In this document: positions 36,906 to 45,747 of the stretch, piece after piece
Layout: each line of letters begins with the position of its first letter
How positions within the stretch are numbered: position 1 is the stretch's first letter
Source of the DNA: an uncultured Candidatus Saccharibacteria bacterium
GTDB lineage: Bacteria > Patescibacteriota > Saccharimonadia > Saccharimonadales > 2-12-FULL-41-12
Reading direction: 5' to 3'
Assembly: GCA_964573095.1 (NCBI GenBank)
Contig: CAZNIK010000002.1
Coordinates: 71,230-135,229 of the forward strand
Length of the DNA stretch: 64,000 bases
Notes under the pieces: model-generated
Seen by the model: only the letters and a program-made list of their open reading frames with translations
Database searches by the model: none
Told to the model about the DNA's origin: nothing
Program-made: the position numbers and the translations under genes

Positions 36906-37409
36906 GGTTTCTGTACCTTCTTGAATCTCTTGTGTCCCCCATGCCAGTGAGTGCTTTGTCCAGTATTCCCTGCTGTTTGGTGCTTCATTGGGCTGACCAG
37001 GAAACGGCGGTGAGGGCTCACCGGCTAAAGTGTCACCTGGACTAACAAAAGCACTAAGAAGTTCATAGTTACCATTTGGCTGTCTTTTGAGCGCAAGAGT
37101 TACAAACCTACTCGGCTGAGAACTTTTAGACTTATTAAAAGGCGTGTACTCGTCTCGATTTTTCCGCTTCGCATACACAATAATGTCGCTCGGTTCGTTT
37201 ACCACACCATCTGTGTTGCCAACAACTCTTCCCATGTCTGTCTCAAATTCCATAACCTCACCTTGAATATCGGTTTTTCCAATAACTTCTATTGCAAGAC
37301 TTTTGAGCTGCGGTGTATCGGCAATGTGGGTCGCGGCATGGGACTCAACTGGATCATAATAGACCTTCACGCCGTTTCTTGAAGTAGCTAAGAATTCTTG
37401 CTCTGTCAT
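36888..37409 (-). CDS. Hypothetical protein
   Basis: Track ORF, 173 aa. No motif recognised. The leaderless-type promoter directly upstream supports the start. Confidence 0.55.
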   Translation of the reverse strand: MTEQEFLATSRNGVKVYYDPVESHAATHIADTPQLKSLAIEVIGKTDIQGEVMEFETDMGRVVGNTDGVVNEPSDIIVYAKRKNRDEYTPFNKSKSSQPSRFVTLALKRQPNGNYELLSAFVSPGDTLAGEPSPPFPGQPNEAPNSREYWTKHSLAWGTQEIQEGTETSVCPW

Positions 37410-37415
37410 GCCACA

Positions 37416-37424
37416 AGAATACCA
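37416..37424 (-). promoter_or_regulatory. Extended -10 TGgTATTCT, 6 nt before ATG 37409 (leaderless)
   Basis: Minus strand reads tggtattct-tgtggc-ATG. Confidence 0.5.
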
Positions 37425-37471
37425 AACTATTCATAATCGAACCTCCAGCACCCCTTTGACAGAACACTTCT

Positions 37472-37560
37472 GGGTTTGGACTTGCAAAACAGATTGGGGC
37501 GAGGACTGTCTGAGCAAAGCGAGTTCCGCAGAACCAGTCTGGTTTTGCTTGTTCAAACCC
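37472..37560. other. Long imperfect hairpin of about 26 bp (possible sRNA, terminator or insulator)
   Basis: gggtttggacttgcaaaacagattgg (37472-37497) pairs with ccagtctggttttgcttgttcaaaccc (37534-37560). There are 2 mismatches, 2 G-U pairs and 1 bulge. The apical region is 36 nt. Confidence 0.45.
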
Positions 37561-37598
37561 TAAAGCAGCTTATGGCAATTGGGGCGGTCTTTTTTGCG

Positions 37599-37626
37599 TA
37601 CTTTTTGTGACTGCTGACAAAAAGTA
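37599..37626. other. 10-bp perfect A/T-rich hairpin
   Basis: tactttttgt-gactgctg-acaaaaagta. A second small hairpin, ggtgt-gaa-acacc, lies at 37637-37649. Confidence 0.4.
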
Positions 37627-37656
37627 GGTCGGTAGAGGTGTGAAACACCGCTGAAA

Positions 37657-37992
37657 CTAATCTTTCCAGCTATGTCCCAGTTCGGGTAGTAATAGCCAAA
37701 TATTTACGGTCGTGTTACTCAGCTTTTTCTGCATGAAGTCTTGGATTTTTAGACATATTTCATCCTGCTTTTCGACACGCGACCTAAATGCATGGGCAGT
37801 TACTTCCACCTCGATTTCGGCAAGCATGCCACCCCCGGATGATCGAACAACTCGTACACTTACTTCGTCCGTGCCAAGCTTTATATCCTCATTTGAAAGC
37901 AACTCCGCAATAAACTCTTTTGTTTCTGGAATCAGAGACTTCAATTGGTCTTGCTGACTGTCATGTTCGTAGAAAATATTTACAGTTGGCAT
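37657..37992 (-). CDS. Tautomerase-superfamily-like small protein
   Basis: 111 aa. Starts MPTVNIFY (Pro-1) and has a 4-OT-like beta-alpha-beta pattern (…KEFIAELL…VSVRVV…). Weak call. Confidence 0.45.
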   Translation of the reverse strand: MPTVNIFYEHDSQQDQLKSLIPETKEFIAELLSNEDIKLGTDEVSVRVVRSSGGGMLAEIEVEVTAHAFRSRVEKQDEICLKIQDFMQKKLSNTTVNIWLLLPELGHSWKD

Positions 37993-37997
37993 ACTAA

Positions 37998-39095
37998 CTA
38001 TTTTATATAATCCTGTAGTTTCTTTGCGTCTTTATGCTTTCGCAGTTTTGCGAGCGCCTTGGCCTCGATTTGTCGAATTCTTTCCCTGGTAACACTAAAT
38101 TCTTGTCCGACTTCTTCGAGGGTATGAGACTTGCCGTCCTCTAAGCCAAAACGAAGTTTTAATATTTTTTGTTCGCGCTCTGTAAGCCCAGAAAGCATAT
38201 CCGTTACGTGCTCTTTGAGAAGCTGCCCAGTTGCGGATTCCTCGGGGCTGACGGTGTCTTCGTCTTCAATAAAATCACCAAGTACGCTGTCCTCTTCGTC
38301 ATCACGCACACTGGCATCAAGTGAATGAATATCTTGTTTGATCTTCATAATGTGCTCAACTTTTTCGACATCCATCTCCATGGCCTTGGCAATTTCCTCG
38401 TTGGAGGGTTCTCGATTAAGTTCTTGGGTCAAACGTCTTTGAGTTCGAAGTAATTTGTTAATCGTTTCGAACATATGCACCGGTATGCGAATCACTCGAG
38501 CTTGGTCAGCAATGGCGCGAGTAATAGCTTGACGAATCCACCAGGTCGCGTAGGTTGAAAACTTAAAACCCTTGTCTGGATCAAACTTTTCTACTGCCCG
38601 GAGTAGTCCAGTATTTCCCTCTTGAATGAGATCAAGCAAGTCGAGTCCACGACCGACATACCTCTTGGCGATGCTCACAACAAGACGCATATTTGCCTCT
38701 GCCATTTTATCCTTTGCGTCTTTGTCACCAGCGACCACCCGTTTTGCAAGTGCAAGTTCCTCGTCGGCTTTAAGTAGTGGAATTTTGCCAATCTCCCGAA
38801 GATAAAGTCGGACAGAATCATCTGCAATATCGTTCATGTAATCTTTATCTTCTAAAACAACTTCCTCGTCTCCTTCACCCGCCCAGACGTCACTCGTGCC
38901 AGTGTCGCCGACTCCCGATATTTGGATACTGGCTTCGGCGAGCTCGGTATATAGCGCATCAAGCACCTCGGCATTCTCTGGTGTCTCCGGAATTCCAGCA
39001 AAGATTGCTTCTTGATCTATCTTGCCGTCTTTCTTTGCTTGGGCAAACAAAGCTTTTTTTACTTCAATAATTGCGTCTTTTGGGTCTTCAGCCAT
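37998..39095 (-). CDS. rpoD: RNA polymerase sigma factor RpoD
   Basis: Regions 2-4 are present (…[19 protein letters not shown]…, …[24 protein letters not shown]…). Confidence 0.95.
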   Translation of the reverse strand: MAEDPKDAIIEVKKALFAQAKKDGKIDQEAIFAGIPETPENAEVLDALYTELAEASIQISGVGDTGTSDVWAGEGDEEVVLEDKDYMNDIADDSVRLYLREIGKIPLLKADEELALAKRVVAGDKDAKDKMAEANMRLVVSIAKRYVGRGLDLLDLIQEGNTGLLRAVEKFDPDKGFKFSTYATWWIRQAITRAIADQARVIRIPVHMFETINKLLRTQRRLTQELNREPSNEEIAKAMEMDVEKVEHIMKIKQDIHSLDASVRDDEEDSVLGDFIEDEDTVSPEESATGQLLKEHVTDMLSGLTEREQKILKLRFGLEDGKSHTLEEVGQEFSVTRERIRQIEAKALAKLRKHKDAKKLQDYIK

Positions 39096-40908
39096 TCTTT
39101 TCCTTCACTCTATTTAATAATTGATCTAGCTCTCTTGCGCGCTCAAGCAAGACAGTCGCGTCTTTCCCGGTCGCTTGCTCGAGTTCGCTCGATATTTTTG
39201 TTTTTTGTTCTTTTACGAAATAATCGATTACTTTGGCTCGGAGTCGCGCCGCCTCATATTGAAGCTCTAACGTATCGACAGTGCCATATAGTTCTTCAAA
39301 CTGTAATGAGACTATTTTAACATAATCTTGATAATTTTGCAGCAGCGGTTGTTCATCGTCTTCTTGCGGCGAGTCTTTTTTTGTTACAGGATCTTTTGTC
39401 ATGTGCTGCTGAATTTCTTTTAGATCCCCATCAAATTCTGGATGAGTTTTGAGGAATACCAACAGCTGTTTGGCGTGAGTATTGTGCAGCATTTCGGGCT
39501 CGATCATGTCCAAATAGCCTCTCGTTCCAGGTAGCATCAGAGCCATTCCGAGCAAGTGGTCACCCGTCCGAATGGCTTCTGGATTTGTCGAATCCGGTTT
39601 TTGTGTTCCTGGCTTTGTTTTTTTAAGAACTTTGGCCGACCCGAATTCACTTTTTTTCAGTTTGGCTCGGAGCGAATCTGGGTGTACTTCAAGAATCGAC
39701 GCAAGTTCTTGGACGTAGTGATCTTGCTCTACGGTGTCTTGGAGTGTTCGAACAACCCGAAGCGTTATATCACTAAACTGACGTTTGCCCGCGCCCGTAG
39801 ACAAATCGAGTCTGGTTTTATAGACCGATATCAGCCATTCGAGTGCATAACTATGCTTAGAAAGTATGTTTTTCCAAAGCGAGGGATCCTGCTGTATTAA
39901 TTCATCAGGATCCTTCCCGGAAGGAATTGTAATGATGCTTAGCTCAACCCCCACTTTGCTCGCAATCGGTATGGCTCTTTCAGTCGCAGCTAATCCGGCT
40001 TGATCTTGATCAAATGCCAGTCGAATGTCGGGTGTAAGTCTACCGAGTGTTTTTAGCTGATACTCTGTAAGGGCTGTACCAGCCGTTGCCACTACGTGAG
40101 AAACACCAGCTTGATGAGACGCAATAACATCAAGGTTGCCCTCTACCAGCACACAAAATTTTTCGCGCTGGATAGCCTTTTTTGCCAGATGCAAACCATA
40201 GATGTGACGACTCTTGTCATATAGAACAGTGCTTGGGGTGTTGATGTATTTTGGCGCCTGCGCGGAATCTTGAAGAAGTCGCGCCGTAAACCCAACAACT
40301 CGCCCAAACGAATCCATTAAAGGAATCATTATCCTGCCCCGAAACATATCCGCTTGCCCGCCGCGTCTTTCGGCAACCAAACCAACGGATTTCATTTCTG
40401 CAACGCTATAGCCTTTTTTTGCAAGATAATCCTTGAGTGCTGTGCCACCATCCGGGCTGTAGCCAAGTTTAAATTCAATAATTGTAGACTTGTCGAATTG
40501 TCTTTTTTTTCGCACATACTCAAGCGCTGCTTGATTCGCACTTAACTGAAACTGATAAAACGTAGCCGCCACATCAAGCAACTCATGCAATCGTTCTTTG
40601 TTTGGGCCCTTGGTTTTTTTATTCTGAAATTGCTCTAATTCGATGCCGGCTTTTCGAGCAAGAAGCTCCAAAGCTCCCCGAAAATCAAGCCCTTCGCTTT
40701 CCATTACAAAGCTAAAAACATCCCCGCCCTTTCCAGAACTAAAGTCATGCCAAATTTGTTTTTCTGGACTCACCACAAAACTTGGAGTTTTCTCATTCGT
40801 AAACGGACTCAAACCCTTGTAGTTCTTACCAGCTCGCTTTAATTGAACATACTCGGATATCACATCCTCAATGCTTAGTCGCGCCTTTATTTCAGAAACT
40901 GCATCCAT
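39088..40908 (-). CDS. dnaG: DNA primase
   Basis: NEKTPSF motif, TOPRIM (…[10 protein letters not shown]…) and a C-terminal helical domain. Overlaps rpoD by 8 nt, the classic dnaG-rpoD order. Confidence 0.93.
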   Translation of the reverse strand: MDAVSEIKARLSIEDVISEYVQLKRAGKNYKGLSPFTNEKTPSFVVSPEKQIWHDFSSGKGGDVFSFVMESEGLDFRGALELLARKAGIELEQFQNKKTKGPNKERLHELLDVAATFYQFQLSANQAALEYVRKKRQFDKSTIIEFKLGYSPDGGTALKDYLAKKGYSVAEMKSVGLVAERRGGQADMFRGRIMIPLMDSFGRVVGFTARLLQDSAQAPKYINTPSTVLYDKSRHIYGLHLAKKAIQREKFCVLVEGNLDVIASHQAGVSHVVATAGTALTEYQLKTLGRLTPDIRLAFDQDQAGLAATERAIPIASKVGVELSIITIPSGKDPDELIQQDPSLWKNILSKHSYALEWLISVYKTRLDLSTGAGKRQFSDITLRVVRTLQDTVEQDHYVQELASILEVHPDSLRAKLKKSEFGSAKVLKKTKPGTQKPDSTNPEAIRTGDHLLGMALMLPGTRGYLDMIEPEMLHNTHAKQLLVFLKTHPEFDGDLKEIQQHMTKDPVTKKDSPQEDDEQPLLQNYQDYVKIVSLQFEELYGTVDTLELQYEAARLRAKVIDYFVKEQKTKISSELEQATGKDATVLLERARELDQLLNRVKEKNG

Positions 40909-41020
40909 CTTACGAAAAACTCTATTTCCCTTATGCCGACGAACGCCCTTGGTGAATGTAGCGAAACATTATGTCAAATCACAACGCCTTGCACGCTCGT
41001 TAGCTCTCTTTACATTATTT

Positions 41021-41055
41021 AAGTATCAAGTATCAAACAGTAAGTATCAAGAATA
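41021..41055. repeat. Tandem heptamer repeat (AAGTATC x3 plus 2 degenerate units) in the divergent dnaG/41098 intergenic region
   Basis: aagtatc aagtatc aaacagt aagtatc aagaata, read directly. It lies 27-61 bp upstream of the 41082-41090 promoter element. Confidence 0.8.
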
Positions 41056-41081
41056 AGCACTACTACCTGGCCAGCTTAACC

Positions 41082-41090
41082 TGCTAGAAT
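41082..41090 (+). promoter_or_regulatory. Extended -10 TGcTAGAAT, 7 nt before ATG 41098 (leaderless)
   Basis: tgctagaat at 41082-41090. The first ATG (41092) is only 1 nt downstream, so the second ATG (41098) is the likelier start. Confidence 0.5.
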
Positions 41091-41097
41091 AATGCTT

Positions 41098-41811
41098 ATG
41101 CAACCCGACAGCGCAAATCCAGACCCATATGGGTTTATTGTGAACAACCCCCCCAAACCACCCAGAAAAAACCCTTTTGCAGGTCTTACCACCAAGATGA
41201 GAATTATCGTAATTGTGGGCGGTCTAGTTGTGGTGCTTATTTTCGGCATGCTGTTGTCGTCGCTCTTCAATCAAGGGTCAAAAGCCCAGACCCAACGAAT
41301 GATCGATGTGGCAACGATTCAATCCGAGATTGTCCGAGTCTCTACAATTGCCGAAAAGGAGGTTCGATCTTCCAGTACTTTGGATTACGCCAGCACCACC
41401 CGTTTATCGGTTCAATCCAGTCAAGTAGAGCTTGCCAAGAAGCTGGATAAGCGGGGGGTTGGCCAAAAAAAGCTCGCGAAACTCCAAGAACAGGCCAAAA
41501 ATCAAAAAAGTGATCAAGCGCTAGACGAAGCCAAGTCAAGCAATCGATACGACGAAACCTACCTAAAAATAATCAACGAGGCCTTGAGCAACTACCAAAA
41601 ATCACTGGTTGCGGCTTCGGGTGGTGCCTCAAAGAGCGAAAACCAAATCTTGCGTACCGCGTGGGAGGGTGTTGAGACACTGAAAAAGAATGATCCCGCC
41701 GCTTCTGGAGATCCCAGGGACATACAGATCGATAAATCAAAACCAGAGGAAGACACGCCGAAAAGCTCAATTATCGACAACGACCTCGGCTCGAGCCCAG
41801 ATGAAGAGTAG
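41098..41811 (+). CDS. Single-pass membrane protein (hypothetical)
   Basis: Track ORF 41092-41811. One TM helix (MRIIVIVGGLVVVLIFGMLLSSLF) and a coiled, charged C-terminal part. Confidence 0.55.
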   Translation: MQPDSANPDPYGFIVNNPPKPPRKNPFAGLTTKMRIIVIVGGLVVVLIFGMLLSSLFNQGSKAQTQRMIDVATIQSEIVRVSTIAEKEVRSSSTLDYASTTRLSVQSSQVELAKKLDKRGVGQKKLAKLQEQAKNQKSDQALDEAKSSNRYDETYLKIINEALSNYQKSLVAASGGASKSENQILRTAWEGVETLKKNDPAASGDPRDIQIDKSKPEEDTPKSSIIDNDLGSSPDEE

Positions 41812-41817
41812 CAAAAA

Positions 41818-42135
41818 CTATTTCGTCACAAGATCATAACTGTGCCGTATCAAGCCTTGCACTTCTTCCCACGGCAACTGTCCACTTAAAACAATGGTAT
41901 TCCAGTGTTTTTTGTTTAGATGATACCCCGGCATTACCGTCTCGTACTTTTCTCGAAGTATTTCAGAAAGTGCGGGGTCACATTTTAGACTAATCCTCGT
42001 AGGACTACTCTTCTCGGGAATGAGCGCAAACATCTTTCCATGCGCTTTATAGACTGCTACATCCTCGCCAAAGGGGTATTCTAATACCGAATTGGGCATT
42101 GAAAGGACATAGGCTTCGACTGTTTTATGATCCAT
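41818..42135 (-). CDS. MmcQ/YjbR-family protein
   Basis: 105 aa. …YKAHGKMFALI…PGYHLNKKHWNTIVL… is typical of the YjbR family. Confidence 0.75.
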   Translation of the reverse strand: MDHKTVEAYVLSMPNSVLEYPFGEDVAVYKAHGKMFALIPEKSSPTRISLKCDPALSEILREKYETVMPGYHLNKKHWNTIVLSGQLPWEEVQGLIRHSYDLVTK

Positions 42136-42204
42136 AGTAAAAATAATAGCTTACCTAGTGTTGTTTTGAATATACGGTGTCTTTTTCAAATACATTTCGG
42201 GTGG

Positions 42205-42600
42205 CTACAGCTGGCGCTCGACTTGTGTGACAATTGTTGTCGCGTCAGTATTGGCAGTTTGATAGCGAATGCCAGTTTTTCTCAACGCAGCCAGGCAATT
42301 CTTTATTTCGTTGGCAGAGAATGGCGCCAGGTCTGGAGCAATCCCGTTGAGTCCGTGTTTTAGCTTGTCCCCCGCAGTGCCGTGCTCATCAGAATCAATT
42401 TTTCCATCTGCAAGATACACCAGACCACATATACCAATCGCTACGCTCTTGTGGCGTTCTTCGATCATGCCTGCAGGCAACACAGCATCATGTATCTGTT
42501 CAAACTCTTTTCTCATATCCTGTAGTATGCGGGGAATTATTAAAATACGCAAGCGATATTTCACATAATTTGTCAAAATCATATCTGTTAGCCTTATCAT
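42205..42600 (-). CDS. Hypothetical protein (weak TerB-like ADGxxxxxE motif)
   Basis: Track ORF, 131 aa. LADGKIDSDEH motif. The start may be internal (MRKEFEQ). Confidence 0.45.
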   Translation of the reverse strand: MIRLTDMILTNYVKYRLRILIIPRILQDMRKEFEQIHDAVLPAGMIEERHKSVAIGICGLVYLADGKIDSDEHGTAGDKLKHGLNGIAPDLAPFSANEIKNCLAALRKTGIRYQTANTDATTIVTQVERQL

Positions 42601-42604
42601 TGTA

Positions 42605-42633
42605 TTGACATTTATACTATTTTGTAGTATATT
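42605..42633 (+). promoter_or_regulatory. Promoter TTGACA-17-TATATT for the 42672 gene (SD-led)
   Basis: ttgaca at 42605-42610 and tatatt at 42628-42633. AAGGAAA lies 7 nt before the ATG. Confidence 0.6.
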
Positions 42634-42671
42634 GTAATCATCCTAAAACAACATAAAAAAGGAAATAAACA

Positions 42672-42950
42672 ATGACAACTCCAGAAGTTCACGAAATCAA
42701 CGATCCTGGTGAACCTATTGGCCCAGAAGGCACCGCAGGAATGCACGCCCACTTCGAGGATATTAAGGATAGAAATCAACTGCCGCATAATAAAATTCGT
42801 GCGGCTCGCCTCGCTGGACTTCAGGCATTGCGACTGCAGGCGTTACAAAATGCAGATGTAGCAGTGGTAAGAAAAGAGGACATAGAAAAAATCCAAAGTG
42901 ATGCCGCTGTAAATGCAGCGAATGCGATTCCTAAAGAAAAAATGCACTAA
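42672..42950 (+). CDS. Hypothetical small protein
   Basis: Track ORF, 92 aa, with a strong promoter and an SD. No motif recognised. Confidence 0.5.
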   Translation: MTTPEVHEINDPGEPIGPEGTAGMHAHFEDIKDRNQLPHNKIRAARLAGLQALRLQALQNADVAVVRKEDIEKIQSDAAVNAANAIPKEKMH

Positions 42951-43501
42951 TTTTTCTTAAACCACTCTAGGTAGTACTGTAGCTCGGCAATGCTGGCTTG
43001 AATGTCGTCGAAGGCACGATGCACTTCCCGCTTGGCAAATGTAACCCCAAACTTTGTGTTCATGAGTATTTTAAACGAGCTAACGTCGAGCATTCGATAA
43101 TGGAGTAGTTGCTCGACTTCCGGCCACAGTTCGCGAATAAAGGTGCGGTCGTTATGAATAGAATTTCCGGCCAATATTGCTGGTTCTTCACCGAATTGGG
43201 CGGAGATAAACCCAACCACCTCGTGGATAACTTCTTTTTCGTTTCGCCCAATCGTGTTAATTCGCTCGATTAGACCGCTCTGGGCGTGCTGGGCTTTTGA
43301 CCATTCATTCATGTTAGCCAAAACATCGCTGGGTTGGGCGATTACTGCCTCGTAGCTGGCAAGAGTTTTAAATTCAAAATCTGTCACCTCTATTGCTACT
43401 TCGAGTATTTTGTCGTGCGCTGGATCAAGGCCAGTCATTTCAAGATCAATCCACAGTAACTTGGTGGGAGCCAGTGATTTATCTATGGTCGCTTTTGACA
43501 T
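42947..43501 (-). CDS. orn: Oligoribonuclease (DEDDh)
   Basis: LLWIDLEMTGLDPAHDKILEVA (exo I), …GNSIHNDRTFI…, …HRAFDDIQASI…. Confidence 0.9.
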   Translation of the reverse strand: MSKATIDKSLAPTKLLWIDLEMTGLDPAHDKILEVAIEVTDFEFKTLASYEAVIAQPSDVLANMNEWSKAQHAQSGLIERINTIGRNEKEVIHEVVGFISAQFGEEPAILAGNSIHNDRTFIRELWPEVEQLLHYRMLDVSSFKILMNTKFGVTFAKREVHRAFDDIQASIAELQYYLEWFKKN

Positions 43502-43518
43502 ATCTAACAGTATACACG

Positions 43519-43527
43519 TGCTACACT
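43519..43527 (+). promoter_or_regulatory. Extended -10 TGcTACACT, 7 nt before ATG 43535 (leaderless)
   Basis: tgctacact-gactgct-ATG. Confidence 0.55.
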
Positions 43528-43534
43528 GACTGCT

Positions 43535-44281
43535 ATGAAAAGAAGCCTATTGATCATACTCGGCGTATTGATCTTGGTCAGTCTTTTGACTGCTATTATC
43601 TTTCGACAAAAAGCTGCTGCCCCCGAGAACAAAAAAGTAACCCAAACTACAAAAGCAGAGATAAAAGAAACCCCACCGGCTACAACTGCCCCTCAAGCGA
43701 AACCAGTTCCTGCGTTTAATAAACAAGCCTACTCGCAGACTGACCCAAACAGTATATGGGTGATTGTGAATAAAAAACGCCCTCTTCCAGACGGCTATAT
43801 ACCCAGCGCTATATCTTCATCTGGACTCAGAGGCGAAGCCAGCAATGCACTCCAATCACTTAGAGCTGACTCTGCTAAACAGGGAGCAGCATTGAGTATT
43901 CTTAGCGCATACCGTTCACAGGCTACCCAAGCAAGCACGTATGGTGCGTACGTCGCCAAGGACGGTGCAGCAAAAGCCGACACCTACAGCGCCCGTCCAA
44001 GGCATAGCGAGCATCAAACTGGCTTGGCTGTAGATGTTGGAAACGGCGTCTGCAACCTAGAACTTTGCTTCGGCAATACGAACGCCGGAAAATGGTTAGC
44101 AAATAACGCTCATGTATATGGATTTGTAATCCGCTACCCAGCAGGCAAAGAATCAATTACCGGCTACCAATATGAACCTTGGCACCTAAGGTATGTTGGC
44201 AAAGAGTTAGCAAGTGAGATATTCAAATCCAAGCAAACCCTCGAAGAATTCTTCGGCCTGCCCGCCGCCCCGAGTTACTGA
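43535..44281 (+). CDS. VanY-type D-alanyl-D-alanine carboxypeptidase (M15B), membrane anchored
   Basis: SEHQTGLAVDV and EPWHLRY metal/catalytic motifs, plus an N-terminal TM helix. Confidence 0.85.
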   Translation: MKRSLLIILGVLILVSLLTAIIFRQKAAAPENKKVTQTTKAEIKETPPATTAPQAKPVPAFNKQAYSQTDPNSIWVIVNKKRPLPDGYIPSAISSSGLRGEASNALQSLRADSAKQGAALSILSAYRSQATQASTYGAYVAKDGAAKADTYSARPRHSEHQTGLAVDVGNGVCNLELCFGNTNAGKWLANNAHVYGFVIRYPAGKESITGYQYEPWHLRYVGKELASEIFKSKQTLEEFFGLPAAPSY

Positions 44282-44697
44282 TTTTTTGCGACAAACGCCA
44301 GACAGCCTGAGTTAATGCAATATCGTTTCCCGCCAGGTTGATCATGCGCATCGTCAAAAACATGTCCCAGATGACCTCCACACTTTTTGCAGAGTACTTC
44401 GACCCGCCGCATGCCGTGCGAAATATCATCTTTTAGCGCTACGCTATTAGAGCGAGCAACATCGTAAAAGCTCGGCCAGCCGGTGCCCGAGTCAAATTTA
44501 TGATCACTCATAAACAAATCAGCGTTGCAGGCAACACATCTGTAGACACCCTTTTCCTTATTGTCTACATAGGTGCCGCTAAAAGGCGCTTCGGTTCCCT
44601 TCGCCCGCAAAATTCGAAATTGTTCTGGTGTAAGACGAGCTTTCCAGTCTTTCTCGGAAAGTTGCACTTGTCTATTTATCTTTCTCGAGTCGATCAA
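44275..44697 (-). CDS. msrB: Peptide-methionine (R)-S-oxide reductase
   Basis: GTGWPSF, two CxxC pairs, and catalytic RYCINS. Confidence 0.95.
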   Translation of the reverse strand: MIDSRKINRQVQLSEKDWKARLTPEQFRILRAKGTEAPFSGTYVDNKEKGVYRCVACNADLFMSDHKFDSGTGWPSFYDVARSNSVALKDDISHGMRRVEVLCKKCGGHLGHVFDDAHDQPGGKRYCINSGCLAFVAKNQ

Positions 44698-45085
44698 GCT
44701 TCAGATACTTGAAGATCAGAAACAGAATGACGAGTACCGCGACAAAGCTAATGAACACGTTCAGAAACGCCCCGTAGGTAAATATTGCTGATTTTTCGCC
44801 CACAGTGACGGTCAGTTTTTTCGAGACTAGGTCACCCTGTCCTGGAAGAATAAGCCCCAAAAGGGGGTTAATAAAACTCAGCGTAATCGAGTCAACTAAA
44901 ACTTTCGCCTGTGCACCCAATACAAAACCGATCGCCAAACCAACCACACCTTGACCTCTAATAAAATCTGCAAAGCCCTTTAGCGGGTGGACGGGCGCAA
45001 CAGTATTCACGGTTTTGGTCATTTTTCGAACAACTTTTTTGGCTCGTTTGCGTGTTTTTTGGGGTGGGGTGGGTGTTTCTGCCAT
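44672..45085 (-). CDS. mscL: Large-conductance mechanosensitive channel, with a basic N-terminal extension
   Basis: LKGFADFIRGQGVVGLAIGFVLG. AAGGAG SD lies 8 nt upstream of ATG 45085. Confidence 0.9.
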   Translation of the reverse strand: MAETPTPPQKTRKRAKKVVRKMTKTVNTVAPVHPLKGFADFIRGQGVVGLAIGFVLGAQAKVLVDSITLSFINPLLGLILPGQGDLVSKKLTVTVGEKSAIFTYGAFLNVFISFVAVLVILFLIFKYLKLDRLEKDK

Positions 45086-45097
45086 AGAAGATTCTCC

Positions 45098-45745
45098 TTA
45101 TTTAGTTATAATACCCTGCTTTAATATAGATTCAACGTCTTTGGCGGTTTTCGCAACAGCCGTCGGATTATACTGCTTTAGCAAAGAAACATCTTGGATT
45201 CCCCAAGCAACCGCAATACTATTTACGTCAGCTTTGGTCGCCGCCTCGATATCCCGTACTTCGTCACCAATCATCCACACCTGCGTTCTGTCGTAGCGTT
45301 TTTGCCATACAAGCTTATTGATACTCGTGGCCTTGCCGAATATTGCTGGCCGCTTTAACACCGTAACCATATGGTCGATGCCGTAACGAGCTAGAACCTG
45401 GTGAATAGTTTTTGTACTATTTGCGCTTAGAATGTAGATATGCCATCCGTCTTGATGCAATTTTGCGATAACTGGCTTCACACCAGGAAATAGCTTTATT
45501 TGATCACGAACTTCATAGAGCCGATTTCTGCCCTCTTTCATTAAACCCGGCAGTTGCCACGGTCTCACCCCCACCCACTTTAAGGCACTTGCCAAAGTTC
45601 CAGTGCGAAGTTCTTTGTATCTTTCGTCGGTGAGCGCCGGCCAACCGCGACTTGCGGCAGCCTCGCCGTACAACTTTTTGATCAACTCCTCGATATCTGC
45701 AAGTGTTCCGTCGAAGTCAAAAATAACAGCTCTTTGCGTCTTCAT
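45098..45745 (-). CDS. HAD-family hydrolase (phosphatase)
   Basis: Motif I VIFDFDGTLAD and motif IV MIGDEVRD. Confidence 0.8.
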   Translation of the reverse strand: MKTQRAVIFDFDGTLADIEELIKKLYGEAAASRGWPALTDERYKELRTGTLASALKWVGVRPWQLPGLMKEGRNRLYEVRDQIKLFPGVKPVIAKLHQDGWHIYILSANSTKTIHQVLARYGIDHMVTVLKRPAIFGKATSINKLVWQKRYDRTQVWMIGDEVRDIEAATKADVNSIAVAWGIQDVSLLKQYNPTAVAKTAKDVESILKQGIITK

Positions 45746-45747
45746 AG

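Noticed and set aside
37472-37560. Long hairpin as SRP (4.5S) RNA, 6S RNA or tmRNA
   Set aside because: It lacks the conserved SRP domain-IV sequence (GGUCCGGAAGGAAGCAGC-type). It is too short for 6S or tmRNA, and it has no tRNA-like end or tag ORF.
41021-41055. CRISPR-like or other large repeat array
   Set aside because: It contains only five 7-bp units with no spacers. No repeat-spacer architecture occurs anywhere in the window.
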